Assembly (NCBI GenBank): GCA_025060295.1
Contig: JANXCH010000011.1
Span: forward strand, 178,446-242,445
DNA: 64,000 bases
DNA from: Dehalococcoidia bacterium
GTDB taxonomy: Bacteria; Chloroflexota; Dehalococcoidia; Lucifugimonadales; HRBIN23
Reading direction: 5' to 3'
Shown here: one piece after another, positions 34,453-44,217 of the stretch
How positions within the stretch are numbered: the stretch's first letter is position 1
Layout: each line of letters begins with the position of its first letter
The notes under the pieces: generated by a model
Told to the model about the DNA's origin: nothing
Seen by the model: the letters and a program-made list of their open reading frames with translations, nothing else
Databases searched by the model: none
Position numbers and translations under genes: made by a program

Positions 34453-34914
34453 TTATCCCCTGGGCTTCAGGCGGTCGGCGCTGTCTATCAGGATGCTGAC
34501 GGGGCCGTCGTTGTGCACCTCCACCAGCATCCGCTCCTGAAAGCGCCCTGTGGCCACCGCAAGCCCGCTCTGGCGGAACAAGGCCACCGCCTGCTCGTAG
34601 AGGGGTTGCGCCTCGGCGGGGGGCGCTGCCTGGGTGAAACTAGGGCGTCGCCCCTTGCGGGTGTCGGCATAAAGGGTGAACTGGCTGATGACCAAGATGC
34701 CGCCCCCCACCTCCTGCACCGAGTGGTGGAAACGCCCCTCGGCATCCGGGAACACCCGCAGGGTAAGCACCTTGTCCACCAGGTAGCGGGCGTCCTCCAA
34801 AGTGTCGCCCTGGCCAATCCCCAGGAACACCACCAGGCCCGGCCCAATGGCCCCCACCGTCTCCCCGCCGACGGAGACGCAGGCGCGCTGGACGCGTTGG
34901 ACAAGGGCACGCAC
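34453..34914 (-). CDS. dtd: D-aminoacyl-tRNA deacylase
   Basis: MRALVQRV...GPGLVVFLGIG..D and SQFTLYADTRKGRRPSF motifs, about 150 aa. Confidence 0.9.
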   Translation of the reverse strand: MRALVQRVQRACVSVGGETVGAIGPGLVVFLGIGQGDTLEDARYLVDKVLTLRVFPDAEGRFHHSVQEVGGGILVISQFTLYADTRKGRRPSFTQAAPPAEAQPLYEQAVALFRQSGLAVATGRFQERMLVEVHNDGPVSILIDSADRLKPRG

Positions 34915-34920
34915 AGGCAG

Positions 34921-35214
34921 TTAGGTTTTGGCGGCGGAGGGGGCCGTGTCGGCCTTGCTGGCCTCGGCCGTGCCCGAGGCCCCGTTGCTCGGTTTGGACG
35001 ACTCTTCCGACGAAGAGAGAGTGGGGTTCTTCCGGGCGTAGTCGGTTACATACCACCCACTGCCCCGGAAGATGATGGGTACGGGGCTGATGCGCCGCCG
35101 GGCACGGCCATTGCAGACAGGGCAGGTGGCTATAGGCTCGGCGTCAAAACTCTGGCGCAGCTCAAAGTGATGGGAACAGGCGCGGCTCTCGCAGACATAC
35201 TCGTAGATCGGCAC
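34921..35214 (-). CDS. FmdB-family zinc-ribbon regulatory protein
   Basis: (M)PIYEYVCE..C...F...Q......CPVC pattern. GTG 35214 follows a [15 protein letters not shown]. The promoter at 35263-35292 excludes the track start at 35256. Confidence 0.75.
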   Translation of the reverse strand: MPIYEYVCESRACSHHFELRQSFDAEPIATCPVCNGRARRRISPVPIIFRGSGWYVTDYARKNPTLSSSEESSKPSNGASGTAEASKADTAPSAAKT

Positions 35215-35262
35215 CGTTCCCCTCCCTCCCGAAGCAGGTGGTTTTCGTAACACCACATAGAA

Positions 35263-35292
35263 ATTCTAGCAATCGCTTGGGGCGAGTGTCAA
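35263..35292 (-). promoter_or_regulatory. Sigma-70-like promoter TTGACA-18-TAGAAT (minus strand)
   Basis: On the minus strand, TTGACA at 35292-35287 and TAGAAT at 35268-35263. Confidence 0.55.
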
Positions 35293-35334
35293 CGGCTTGG
35301 GGAGGGGGCGACAGGACGCCCGAAGGCTACCCTG

Positions 35335-36051
35335 CTAGGGCATCGTTGTGCGCCGCTCTCGGAATAGGCGCACTGTCGCCTCGGTGGGGGGGTAGTATGT
35401 GCCTGGGGGCACATTCTCCTTCTGAATCAGCCCCTTGATCCACTCCTCCACCTGCTTGTGCTCCTCGCACCAGGCCACCACCTCTTCGGCTAGGTGGGCC
35501 GGGCAGACCACCACCCCGTCGTCGTCGGCCACGATTACATCCCCTGGGCGCACCAGCACCCCCCCGCATTGGATATCCACCCCCGCCTGGTAGGGGTCGC
35601 CATAGGGGAGGCCGATGCCGGGCGTCCGCCGGCGGGCGAAGATGCCGAAGCCATAGGCCCCCACCCCCTCCAGGTCGCGGATGGCCCCGTCGGTTACCAG
35701 GCCCTCGGCCCGGCGCATCTTTAGGTAGAGGAACTTCACATCGCCCCCCACGGCGCAATAGGGCATGCCCATTGCGTCAATCACCAACACATCCCCCGGC
35801 CCGCAGGCCTGCATGGCCTGATATTCGGGGGAGTCCGGGCCGCGCCGCACCTCCTGCGCAAGGTCAGGACGCCACGGCAAGAAGCGCAGAGTGCGGGCAC
35901 GCCCCACCATTCGCCGGCCCGGCGTCAGGGAGTAGACCTCCTCCATGAGCACCCGCTGGTAGCCCCGCTCCCAAAGGGCGGTGAACACCGTCGCAGTGCT
36001 GACCTTGCGGAAGCGCTCCAGGATACTCTCGGGCACCTCTCGCTGCGCCAT
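35335..36051 (-). CDS. RraA-family protein (HMG/CHA aldolase / oxaloacetate decarboxylase-like) with C-terminal extension
   Basis: VSTATVFTAL, PGDVLVIDA, GGDVKFLYLKMRRAEGLVTDGAIRD and DDDGVVV motifs. The ATG is at 36051. Confidence 0.8.
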   Translation of the reverse strand: MAQREVPESILERFRKVSTATVFTALWERGYQRVLMEEVYSLTPGRRMVGRARTLRFLPWRPDLAQEVRRGPDSPEYQAMQACGPGDVLVIDAMGMPYCAVGGDVKFLYLKMRRAEGLVTDGAIRDLEGVGAYGFGIFARRRTPGIGLPYGDPYQAGVDIQCGGVLVRPGDVIVADDDGVVVCPAHLAEEVVAWCEEHKQVEEWIKGLIQKENVPPGTYYPPTEATVRLFRERRTTMP

Positions 36052-36100
36052 CCCTCGGCTCCTTTCCACAGGGCAAGCTCGGGGCTGCCCCGTGCCCGCT

Positions 36101-37069
36101 TTAGTCCTGGATACGGATGACTGACAGGGGCTCCTGGCCGTTGAGCATGCGCCGCAGGTTCTGGGTGAGGAAGGCCAGGGTGCGCTCCCACACCTCAACG
36201 CTGGGGCCGGCCCGATGGGGGGTAATGACCACATTGTCCAGGTCCAGCAGGGGGTTATCGGGCGGGGTAGGCTCCTGAGCCAGCACATCCAAACCCGCCC
36301 CCGCTATGCGCCGTTGACGCAACGCCTGCAGGAGGGCGTGCTCGTCGGCCACCTCCCCGCGGCTGGTATTGATCAGGATGGCGGTGGGCTTCATCAGGGA
36401 GAGGAAGGAAGCGTTGATCATCCCCCGGGTGCGCCGGTTCAGGGGCACATGGACGGTCACAATGTCCGACTGGCGCAGGAGGTCCTCCAGAGGCACCCGC
36501 CGCACCCGCAGGTCCCGCTCCACCTCGGGCGGGGCGGGAACGATGTCGTGGTACAGCACGGTTACATCCCACCCCCGCAGGCGGCGGGCCACCTCCCGCC
36601 CGATGGCCCCAAACCCCACGATGCCGATGGTCTTCCCTGTCAGTTCCCGGTTGTCCAGGCCTTGCAGTTCCTGCGCCCACCGGCGGTGCTGGACGCTCTT
36701 CCAGGAGGGGATGAGGTGGCGCAGGCACGCCAGCATGAGCATGATGGTGTGGTCGGCCACCGACGGGGCGATGGACGCCGAGTTGTTGCAGATGCGGATA
36801 CCCATCTCGGAGATGGTGTGCACATCCATGCGGTCAAACCCTGCCGAGAGGAGTTGGATGTACTTGAGGCGGGGCAAACGGCGCACGAAGTCTGGGGAAA
36901 TCTCCGACACCCCCAGCACCAGCACCTCGGCGTCTTTGCAGAGGGCCGCCTTTTGGTCGTCGGGAAGGGTCATATCTACAATCTGCACGCCCAGGTCGGC
37001 GGGCAGGCGTTTGGCCCGCTCTGCCCAGGGATGCCCCGGGGGGACAAGGAAAACGGCTCGGCTTCCCAT
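36101..37069 (-). CDS. D-isomer-specific 2-hydroxyacid dehydrogenase
   Basis: GKTIGIVGFGAIGREVARRL NAD fold, NTSRGEVADE and GAGLDVLAQEP motifs. The ATG is at 37069. Confidence 0.85.
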   Translation of the reverse strand: MGSRAVFLVPPGHPWAERAKRLPADLGVQIVDMTLPDDQKAALCKDAEVLVLGVSEISPDFVRRLPRLKYIQLLSAGFDRMDVHTISEMGIRICNNSASIAPSVADHTIMLMLACLRHLIPSWKSVQHRRWAQELQGLDNRELTGKTIGIVGFGAIGREVARRLRGWDVTVLYHDIVPAPPEVERDLRVRRVPLEDLLRQSDIVTVHVPLNRRTRGMINASFLSLMKPTAILINTSRGEVADEHALLQALRQRRIAGAGLDVLAQEPTPPDNPLLDLDNVVITPHRAGPSVEVWERTLAFLTQNLRRMLNGQEPLSVIRIQD

Positions 37070-37138
37070 AGCGCATCTCCTCCTGAGGGTGTGTGCACCC
37101 CACCATTCTAGCGGAGGCGGGGGCAAGAGGAGAGGGGC

Positions 37139-37600
37139 CTAGCCCTCCACCTCCACGATGGCCTCAATCTCCACGGGGATGTTGAAGGGGAGGCTCCCCA
37201 TGCCCACAGCGGATCGGGCGTGGCGCCCCTTGTCGCCGAACACGGCCACGAACAGGTCGGAGCACCCGTTGATGACCCGGGGGTGCTCGGTGAAGGAGGG
37301 GTCAGCGTTGACCATCCCCAACACTTTCACCACCCGCTTCACCTTGCCCAGGTCGCCGATGGCAGCCTTCAGGCTGGCCAGCAGGTTGAGGCCCACTTGG
37401 CGGGCAGCCTCGTAGGCCTGCTCCACCGTCATCTCGCGCCCCACCTTGCCCGTGATGTAGGTGCCATCGGGGCGGCGGGGGCCATGCCCAGCCAGGAACA
37501 CCAGGTTCCCCGTGCGCACGGCGGTTACATAGTTGGCGGCAGGCGTGGGGGGTGGGGGCAAGGTCAGGCCCATCTCGCGCAGCTTCTGCTCGGGATGCAC
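37139..37600 (-). CDS. RidA/YjgF-family protein
   Basis: The C-terminal RSAVGMGSLPFNIPVEIEAIVEV is typical of the family. GTG 37600 follows an AGGAGG RBS. Confidence 0.8.
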   Translation of the reverse strand: MHPEQKLREMGLTLPPPPTPAANYVTAVRTGNLVFLAGHGPRRPDGTYITGKVGREMTVEQAYEAARQVGLNLLASLKAAIGDLGKVKRVVKVLGMVNADPSFTEHPRVINGCSDLFVAVFGDKGRHARSAVGMGSLPFNIPVEIEAIVEVEG

Positions 37601-37626
37601 ACGCACCTCCTTCCTGTGTGGACTGG

Positions 37627-37635
37627 TGTTATGAT
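37627..37635 (+). promoter_or_regulatory. Extended -10 promoter TGtTATGAT
   Basis: TG at 37627-37628 and TATGAT at 37630-37635, in the 82-nt divergent gap. ATG 37683 is preceded by CAGGAGG. Confidence 0.5.
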
Positions 37636-37682
37636 AGCAGGGGAGACGCTTCCCCACCAGGGCGAGCGCCCAGGAGGCAGGC

Positions 37683-38867
37683 ATGGACTTCCGCTTCACC
37701 CCCGAACAGGAGGCCTTCCGCCAAGAGGTGCGCCAGTTCTTTCGCCAGGTCTTGCCGCCCGATTGGCGGGGGATAGACCCCGACTCCTACTTTGTGGAAG
37801 AGAACTGGCGTTTCATTCGCCAGCTGACGGCCAAGATGGCCCAACGGGGATGGCTGACCCTCCACTGGCCTAAGGAATACGGGGGCCAGGGGCGCTCCGT
37901 GATGGAGCAGGTCATCTACCAGGAGGAGACGGCCTATTGGCGGGTGCCCACCCGGGATGTGAGCACGGGCACTCACATCGTGGGGCCGACCCTGATGATC
38001 TACGGCACCGAGGAGCAGAAGCGGGAGTTCCTGCCGGGCATCAGCCGCGGGGAAATCCTGTTCTGCCAGGGGTTCAGCGAACCGGGAGCCGGCTCCGACC
38101 TGGCCTCGTTGCAGATGCGGGCGGTGGAGGACGGGGATGACTTTATCCTCCATGGCTCCAAGATATGGACCTCCGGGGCTCATCGCTCCACCCACTGCTA
38201 CCTGCTGGCCCGCACCGACCCCTCGGCCGAAAAGCATCGGGGCATCAGCGCCTTCATTGTGGACATGAACGCCCCGGGCATTACGGTGCGCCCCATCCTG
38301 AACATGTTCGGGGTGCACTACTTCAACCAGGTGTTCTTTGACGGGGTGCGGGTGAACAAGCGCTACCTGGTGGGAGAAAAGAACCGGGGATGGTATGTGG
38401 CGGCCACAACCTTGGACTTTGAACGGTCGGGCGTGGGGCGCCACGCCTCCAACCGACGGGCGGTGGATGAACTGGCCGAACTGGCGCGGGAGGCACACTT
38501 CGGGGGAAAGCCCTTGAGTGCTAATCCCTTGGTGCGCAACCGCTTGGCGGATCTGGCCATCAGCGTGCGGGTGGGCACCCTGGTGGCCTATGAGGTGGCG
38601 TGGCTCCAGTCCCAGGGGAAGGTGCCCAACAAAGAGGCGTCCCTCTCCAAACTGATGGGGAGCGAGACGGCCCAGCAGATTTACGCCTTTGGGGTGCAGA
38701 TGGTGGGGCTGTATGGGATTCTGGACAAAGGCTCCAAGTGGGCCTTCTGGGACGGACGCCTGGCACTGGAATGGGCCGATTCCTTCTCCCACACCATTCG
38801 GGCAGGCACCAGCGAGGTGCAGAGGAACATCATCGCCATGCGGGGTCTGGGCCTGCCTCGGGGTTAG
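37683..38867 (+). CDS. Acyl-CoA dehydrogenase
   Basis: FCQGFSEPGAGSDLASL and the C-terminal IRAGTSEVQRNIIA motif, about 390 aa. Confidence 0.85.
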   Translation: MDFRFTPEQEAFRQEVRQFFRQVLPPDWRGIDPDSYFVEENWRFIRQLTAKMAQRGWLTLHWPKEYGGQGRSVMEQVIYQEETAYWRVPTRDVSTGTHIVGPTLMIYGTEEQKREFLPGISRGEILFCQGFSEPGAGSDLASLQMRAVEDGDDFILHGSKIWTSGAHRSTHCYLLARTDPSAEKHRGISAFIVDMNAPGITVRPILNMFGVHYFNQVFFDGVRVNKRYLVGEKNRGWYVAATTLDFERSGVGRHASNRRAVDELAELAREAHFGGKPLSANPLVRNRLADLAISVRVGTLVAYEVAWLQSQGKVPNKEASLSKLMGSETAQQIYAFGVQMVGLYGILDKGSKWAFWDGRLALEWADSFSHTIRAGTSEVQRNIIAMRGLGLPRG

Positions 38868-38870
38868 GCC

Positions 38871-40193
38871 GTGCAGGGGCAGAAGCCTTCTACCCAGGAG
38901 CGGTGGTCGTCCCGCCTGGGCTTCATTTTGGCCACCATCGGCTCCGCCATCGGGGTGGGGAACCTGTGGCGTTTCCCCTACCTGGTGGGGATGAACGGGG
39001 GCGGGGCCTTCCTGGTGCCCTACTTCCTGGCTATCGCCTTGTGTGGATTGCCCATCCTGATGCTGGAACTGGCGGGGGGCAGGCGCTTTCGGCAGGGAGT
39101 GGTGGGCACCTTCCGGGCGGTGCGCCCCGTCGCAGGGCTGGTGGGGGCCTTTATCGCCTTCTCGTCTTTCCTGCTTCTCAGTTACTATCTGGTGGTGGTG
39201 GGCTGGGCGTGGGGCTACCTGGTGCACAGCCTGGGTGGCTCCTTCCCCGCCTTCGGTGCGTATACCTCCGGCTACAACTCGGTGCTGTTCTTCCTGGTGC
39301 TGTGCGGGGTTACGGTGGGCATTGTGGGGCTGGGGGTGCGCCGGGGCATTGAACTGGCCAGCCGTATCCTGATGCCCACTTTGTTCCTGCTGGTGCTGGG
39401 CCTGGCCGTGTTCTGCACCACCCTACCAGGCTGGAGGGAGGGCATCGTCTTTTACCTGTACCCGAAGCCCTCGGCGTTGGCCGATCCTTTGGTCTGGGCC
39501 GCCGCCTTCGGACAGGTCTTCTTCTCGGTGGGTGTGGGGATGGGGGTGATGATTACCTACGGATCCTACGCCCAGGAGAAGGAGCCTATCGCCTCCTCGT
39601 CGTTGTGGATCGTGCTGGCCGATGCGTCGGCGGCCCTGCTGGCGGGGTTTGTGGTGTTCCCCATTGTGTTCTCCTACGGCGGGGAGCCGGCGGCCGGCCC
39701 CGGCCTGGCCTTTGATACTCTGCCCCACCTGTTCCGCCAGTTTTCGGGGGCCACGGGGCAGGTGGTGGCGGGGCTGTTCTACCTGCTGTTGGGCATTGCG
39801 GGGATTGGCCCTTCGGTCTCCCTGTTGCAGACGGCGCTGGTGGGCCTAGAGGAGGGGATAGGGGTACCCCGGCGGCGCGCATTGCCCCTGGTGGCGGTGG
39901 CCCTGGTGCTTCTGGGCCTGCCCAGCGCCCTCAGTTACAGTGGTGGCGGCCTGCGCCTGGCGGGTGCCCCAGTGCTGGACATCCTGGACAACCTGACGGG
40001 GCTGGTGCTCCTGCCCTTGGGGGTGTTGGCAACGGCGGTGGTGCTGGGGTGGCTCGCCCCCACGCGCCTGATGGTAACCGATGTGCAGAGGGGCTTTGTG
40101 GGGTGGTCGGGCACCTGGCTGGTGCGCTTTGCGGTGCCCCTCTCCATCCTGGGGGTGCTGGGGGCTACGGTGTTCCAACGCCTGGTGCGCTAG
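38871..40193 (+). CDS. Sodium-dependent transporter, NSS (SNF) family
   Basis: WSSRLGFILATIGSAIGVGNLWRFPYLVGMNGGGAFL signature, and about 11-12 TM helices. Confidence 0.85.
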   Translation: MQGQKPSTQERWSSRLGFILATIGSAIGVGNLWRFPYLVGMNGGGAFLVPYFLAIALCGLPILMLELAGGRRFRQGVVGTFRAVRPVAGLVGAFIAFSSFLLLSYYLVVVGWAWGYLVHSLGGSFPAFGAYTSGYNSVLFFLVLCGVTVGIVGLGVRRGIELASRILMPTLFLLVLGLAVFCTTLPGWREGIVFYLYPKPSALADPLVWAAAFGQVFFSVGVGMGVMITYGSYAQEKEPIASSSLWIVLADASAALLAGFVVFPIVFSYGGEPAAGPGLAFDTLPHLFRQFSGATGQVVAGLFYLLLGIAGIGPSVSLLQTALVGLEEGIGVPRRRALPLVAVALVLLGLPSALSYSGGGLRLAGAPVLDILDNLTGLVLLPLGVLATAVVLGWLAPTRLMVTDVQRGFVGWSGTWLVRFAVPLSILGVLGATVFQRLVR

Positions 40194-40247
40194 AACGTCC
40201 GCCCCTGCCTGTGCACCGGAAATCCTGGCCACCCCCCGCAAGAAGCC

Positions 40248-40646
40248 CTACTTTTCCCCCTTGCGCTCCACCAGTTGGAACAGGATGCCGTGGGTGTCTT
40301 TGGGGTGAATGAACACCAGTCCCCCGGCTTCAATGAGCTGCACTCCTCGGCTTTTGAGGGCGTCGCGGGCCTGGGCCAGGTCCTCCACCGCCAGGGCCAC
40401 CAGGTGAATCCCCTCGCCCCGCCGCTGGAGGGTGCGCCCCAGGGGGGTATCGGGGCCGAGGGGCTCGGCCAGTTCAATGAAGCGCCCCGAGGTGCCCAGG
40501 TAGAAGTAGGCGTTGCGCAGGCCCAGGTGGGGATGAGCCTTGCCCACCTCCCCTGTGGGCTTCAGTCCCAGGCGCTTCTCATAGTCCTGCACTGCCTGCT
40601 CCAGGTTGTTCACCGCCACCACGATGTGGTCAATCCATTTGAACAC
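40248..40646 (-). CDS. VOC-family protein (methylmalonyl-CoA epimerase/glyoxalase-like)
   Basis: IDHIVVAVNNLEQAVQDYEKRLG and GEGIHLVALAVEDL motifs. GTG 40646 follows an AGGAGG RBS. Confidence 0.75.
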   Translation of the reverse strand: MFKWIDHIVVAVNNLEQAVQDYEKRLGLKPTGEVGKAHPHLGLRNAYFYLGTSGRFIELAEPLGPDTPLGRTLQRRGEGIHLVALAVEDLAQARDALKSRGVQLIEAGGLVFIHPKDTHGILFQLVERKGEK

Positions 40647-40656
40647 GACGCACCTC

Positions 40657-41757
40657 CTATTGCAGAACCTGCAGGGTGGCGTGGCGGATGCGCTCCCAAT
40701 CGATCTCATAGCCCAGGCCAGGCTTGGTGGGGGCGTGGACATAGCCCTGGCTGTCCACACGGATGTCCTCCACCAGGCCGAACTCGTTGGCCCCCGTGGA
40801 GGGGAAGTGCTCGTAGTAGTCGCAGTTGGGAATAGCCATGATCACATGCAGATTGGCCACATTGTTGAGGGAGTTGCCCCCGTGATGGATTTCGCACTTC
40901 ATGCGGAAGGCCTCGGCCAGGTGGGCGATTTTCAGCAAGGGGGTAATGCCCCCCGACACCGCCACATCCCCCCGCAGGATGTCCGTGGCCTTCTGCAGAA
41001 TCCAGATGGGCGTCCCGTAGAAGCGCCCAGGCACCCACTCCACCGACATGATGGGGATGTCCAGTTTCTGGCAGAGTTTGGTGTAGTTGTAGATGTCCTC
41101 TTCGGCCAGGGGGTCCTCGTACCAGTAGTAGTCCAGGTCCTCCAAGGCGCGTCCCACCCGAATGGCGTCCTCGTAGGTGTAGGCCCACATGGAGTCCAGC
41201 ATAAGGGTCATGGTATCGCCCACGGCCTGGCGCACGGCGCGGCAGATGGCGATGTCCATTTGGGGGTTGCCATGGGGGTGGATTTTGTAAGCCGTCCACC
41301 CCCGGGCGCGGAAGCGCAGGGCCTCCTCCACATAGTCCTCCACCCGAGGCCAGGAGGGGGAGCTGGCGTAGGCGGGCACCTTCTCCCGGCAGGTGCCCAG
41401 CAGGCGGTGAATGGGCAGGCCCGCCACCTTCCCAGCGATGTCCCACAGGGCTATATCCACTGCGCCGATGGCCTGGGTGGAGACGACACGGTTCAAACGC
41501 CACATCTCCCCCCAGAGGGCCCCGATGTCCAGGGGGTTACGCCCCACTACCAGGGGCTTTAGGAACTCCATCAGAGGGCCGACAAAGGCGTCCGCCCCCT
41601 GGCGTGGGGAGCCCAGGAAAGCATACCCCTCCACGCCTGCATCGGTGTGAACGGCCAGAACACCCAACTGCTTCACCCCTCCGAAGGTGTTGCGCCCCGA
41701 ACGGTAGGGCGGGGCCTCCCATTTGACCAACCGAACGGTGAGCCCAGTGATTTTCAC
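40657..41757 (-). CDS. Enolase-superfamily enzyme (mandelate racemase/muconate-lactonizing/acid-sugar dehydratase-like)
   Basis: VDIALWDIAGK, KIHPHG, LMLDSMWAY and YWYEDP blocks. The GTG at 41757 is preferred; the upstream 226 codons of the track ORF are G/P/H-rich artefact. Confidence 0.8.
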   Translation of the reverse strand: MKITGLTVRLVKWEAPPYRSGRNTFGGVKQLGVLAVHTDAGVEGYAFLGSPRQGADAFVGPLMEFLKPLVVGRNPLDIGALWGEMWRLNRVVSTQAIGAVDIALWDIAGKVAGLPIHRLLGTCREKVPAYASSPSWPRVEDYVEEALRFRARGWTAYKIHPHGNPQMDIAICRAVRQAVGDTMTLMLDSMWAYTYEDAIRVGRALEDLDYYWYEDPLAEEDIYNYTKLCQKLDIPIMSVEWVPGRFYGTPIWILQKATDILRGDVAVSGGITPLLKIAHLAEAFRMKCEIHHGGNSLNNVANLHVIMAIPNCDYYEHFPSTGANEFGLVEDIRVDSQGYVHAPTKPGLGYEIDWERIRHATLQVLQ

Positions 41758-41844
41758 GGCTCCCCCCTTGGGCAGAAGCGGTTTTGCGACTACTATAGCA
41801 CTTTGGAGCACCCCGCACCCCCCACACAGCACAGGAGGTGGGCG

Positions 41845-42507
41845 ATGGCCTTCAGCACAACCCTCTGGCGGAGCATAGAGGACATCTTTTCGCGCATCCT
41901 GGCCCATCCCTTTCTGCAGGGCCTGACGGACGGCACACTCCCCGAAGAGGCCTTCCGCTTTTATGTGGTGCAGGACGCCCTCTACCTGCGGGACTTCGCC
42001 CGGGGCCTGGCCCTTTTGGGTGCCAAAGCCCCCCAGGATGCCTGGCTCATGAAGTTCGCCCAGGACGCCCGCGACGCCTTGCAGGTGGAGCGTGCCCTGC
42101 ACGAGGCCTTTTTCGCCCACTGGGGGCTGACCCCGGAGCAGGTGTATGCCACCCCCTTGGCCCCCACCAATCTGCTGTATACCTCCTACCTTCTGCGGGT
42201 GGCCTATGAGCGCCCGTTTTATGAAGGGGTGGCCGCCTTCTTGCCCTGCTACTGGATCTACCTGGAGGTGGGGAAGGCGTTGGAGAGGCGGGGCTCCCCC
42301 AAGCCCCTGTACCAGCGCTGGATAGATACCTACGCCAGCACCGAATACGAGAAGGTGGTGCGGGGAACCATCGCCGTAACCGATGCCCTCGCCGAAACCC
42401 TCACCGACGCCCAGCGGGAGACCATGCGCCACCACTTCGTCATCACCAGCACCCTGGAGTGGATGTTTTGGGATATGGGCTGGCGGAAAGAGGGGTGGCC
42501 GGTGTAG
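41845..42507 (+). CDS. tenA: Thiaminase II / TenA-family protein
   Basis: HPFLQGLTDGTLPEEAFRFYVVQDALYLRDFAR signature. ATG 41845 follows an AGGAGGTGGG RBS. Confidence 0.8.
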   Translation: MAFSTTLWRSIEDIFSRILAHPFLQGLTDGTLPEEAFRFYVVQDALYLRDFARGLALLGAKAPQDAWLMKFAQDARDALQVERALHEAFFAHWGLTPEQVYATPLAPTNLLYTSYLLRVAYERPFYEGVAAFLPCYWIYLEVGKALERRGSPKPLYQRWIDTYASTEYEKVVRGTIAVTDALAETLTDAQRETMRHHFVITSTLEWMFWDMGWRKEGWPV

Positions 42508-42538
42508 GGGGGGACAGGTCTGGGCGGTTCCCTATGCC

Positions 42539-42567
42539 TTGACCAGAGGCATACCACGCCCTAGCAT
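42539..42567 (+). promoter_or_regulatory. Sigma-70-like promoter TTGACC-17-TAGCAT
   Basis: TTGACC at 42539-42544 and TAGCAT at 42562-42567, flanked by the inverted repeat CCCTATGC...GCATAGGG. Confidence 0.45.
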
Positions 42568-42587
42568 AGGGCACGGAGCCTCCACGT

Positions 42588-43190
42588 ATGGTGCGCCCCT
42601 ATCAGTGGATCGCCCTGCTCCGCTTGACAGGGACAACCCGCCGCGAGCGGATTCAGCGCATAGTGGCCCTGGTGGTTGTAGCGCTCATCATCGTGGGGGC
42701 GATTATCTTTCGCAACTTCCTCTGGGCCATCCGCACCGCCACATACCCGGGCATCTTCCTGCTGAGTTTGGTGGGGGCGGCGTCCATCTTCGTGCCCATA
42801 CCGGGGTTGGCGTCGGTGTGTGCGGGGGCGGGGGTGCTGGCCTTGAACCTGTGGGCGGTGGCGGCTTTGGCAGCGGCGGGAGAGGCCATTGGCGAGACCA
42901 GCGGTTACCTGGCCGGCATTGGGGGGCGCACCCTGGTGGAGAAGCACCCTTACTACCTGCGCTTCTACGCCTGGATGCGCTACCGCGGGGGGCTGGTGCT
43001 GTTCCTGGCCTGCATCATCCCCAACCCCCTGTTTGACATCGTGGGCATTACGGCGGGGAGCCTGCGCTACCCCCTGCACCTCTTCTATCCCCTGGTGTTC
43101 AGTGGCAAACTGGTGAAGAACCTCTGGATCTCCTACCTGTGCTACCGGGGCCTCATGCCTGTGTTACGGTGGCTAGGTGGCATGGATTAG
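42588..43190 (+). CDS. DedA/YqaA-type (VTT-domain) membrane protein
   Basis: About 5 TM helices. The E.IGETSGYLAG and PNPLFDIVGITAG blocks resemble SNARE-associated/DedA-like proteins. Confidence 0.6.
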   Translation: MVRPYQWIALLRLTGTTRRERIQRIVALVVVALIIVGAIIFRNFLWAIRTATYPGIFLLSLVGAASIFVPIPGLASVCAGAGVLALNLWAVAALAAAGEAIGETSGYLAGIGGRTLVEKHPYYLRFYAWMRYRGGLVLFLACIIPNPLFDIVGITAGSLRYPLHLFYPLVFSGKLVKNLWISYLCYRGLMPVLRWLGGMD

Positions 43191-43227
43191 ACTGTGCTAG
43201 GCTAGGACAACTACCAGGAGGGGGAGT

Positions 43228-44187
43228 ATGCCGACTTTTGACCGTTCCTTTGTGGTGCAGTTGGCCGAGCGGTATCGCAACTGGGGGCGCTGGGGCCCCG
43301 AGGACGAACTGGGCACCCTTAACTTCGTTACTCCGGACACGGTGCGAGAGGCGGCCACACTCATACGGGACGGGAAGGTCTTCAGCCTGGCTATTGACTT
43401 TAACCACCTGGGCCCCCAGCGCCCCGGGCACTACACCCGCCGTTTCAACCCCGTCCACACCATGCTCCGCACGGGGACGGATGCTTTGGCCTCTGGCGAA
43501 GGGGGCGAACCCCCCATTATGGCCGGCAGTGATGACATCGTAACCATGCCTTTGCAATGTGCCACCCAGTGGGACAGCCTGGCCCACATCTTTTACAAAG
43601 GGATGATGTATAACGGGCGCTCCGCCGCCCTGGTTACCGCCCAGGGTGCCGCCAAAAACTCCATTGACAAGATGCGGGCACGGATCGTGGGGCGTGCCGT
43701 GCTCTTGGACATCCCCCGCAGTAAGGGCGTCCGCTGGCTGGAGCCTGGGACGCCTATTTATCCCGAAGACCTGGACGCCTGCCTGCGCCAGCAAGGGGTG
43801 CAGGTGCGCCGCGGCGACTTCCTCCTGGTGCGCACGGGCCACATCACCCTCTGCCGCGCCCGGGGCGACTGGGGCGACTACGCCGGGGGCGATGCGCCGG
43901 GCCTCTCCCTTTTGACCATCCCCTGGATTTACGAGAAGGAGGTCGCAGCGGTCTGCGCCGACACCTGGGGGGTGGAGGTGCGCCCCAACGAGGTGCCCGA
44001 TGTGCGCCAGCCCTGGCACGTGGTCGCCATCCCCAACATGGGCCTGCTGGTGGGGGAAATTTTTGACCTGGACGCCTTGGCCGAGGATTGCGCCAAGGAC
44101 GGACGCTATGCGATGTTCTTCTGCGCCCCACCCCTGCCCATCACGGGGGCAGTCGGCTCCCCGATCAACCCCCAGGCCATCAAGTAG
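43228..44187 (+). CDS. Cyclase-family protein (arylformamidase-like fold)
   Basis: RWGPEDELGTLN, WDSLAHI and GDFLLVRTG blocks are typical of the putative-cyclase/kynurenine-formamidase family. Confidence 0.7.
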   Translation: MPTFDRSFVVQLAERYRNWGRWGPEDELGTLNFVTPDTVREAATLIRDGKVFSLAIDFNHLGPQRPGHYTRRFNPVHTMLRTGTDALASGEGGEPPIMAGSDDIVTMPLQCATQWDSLAHIFYKGMMYNGRSAALVTAQGAAKNSIDKMRARIVGRAVLLDIPRSKGVRWLEPGTPIYPEDLDACLRQQGVQVRRGDFLLVRTGHITLCRARGDWGDYAGGDAPGLSLLTIPWIYEKEVAAVCADTWGVEVRPNEVPDVRQPWHVVAIPNMGLLVGEIFDLDALAEDCAKDGRYAMFFCAPPLPITGAVGSPINPQAIK

Positions 44188-44217
44188 GCCGCCATCCATC
44201 GGCCCCAAGGGGAGGGC

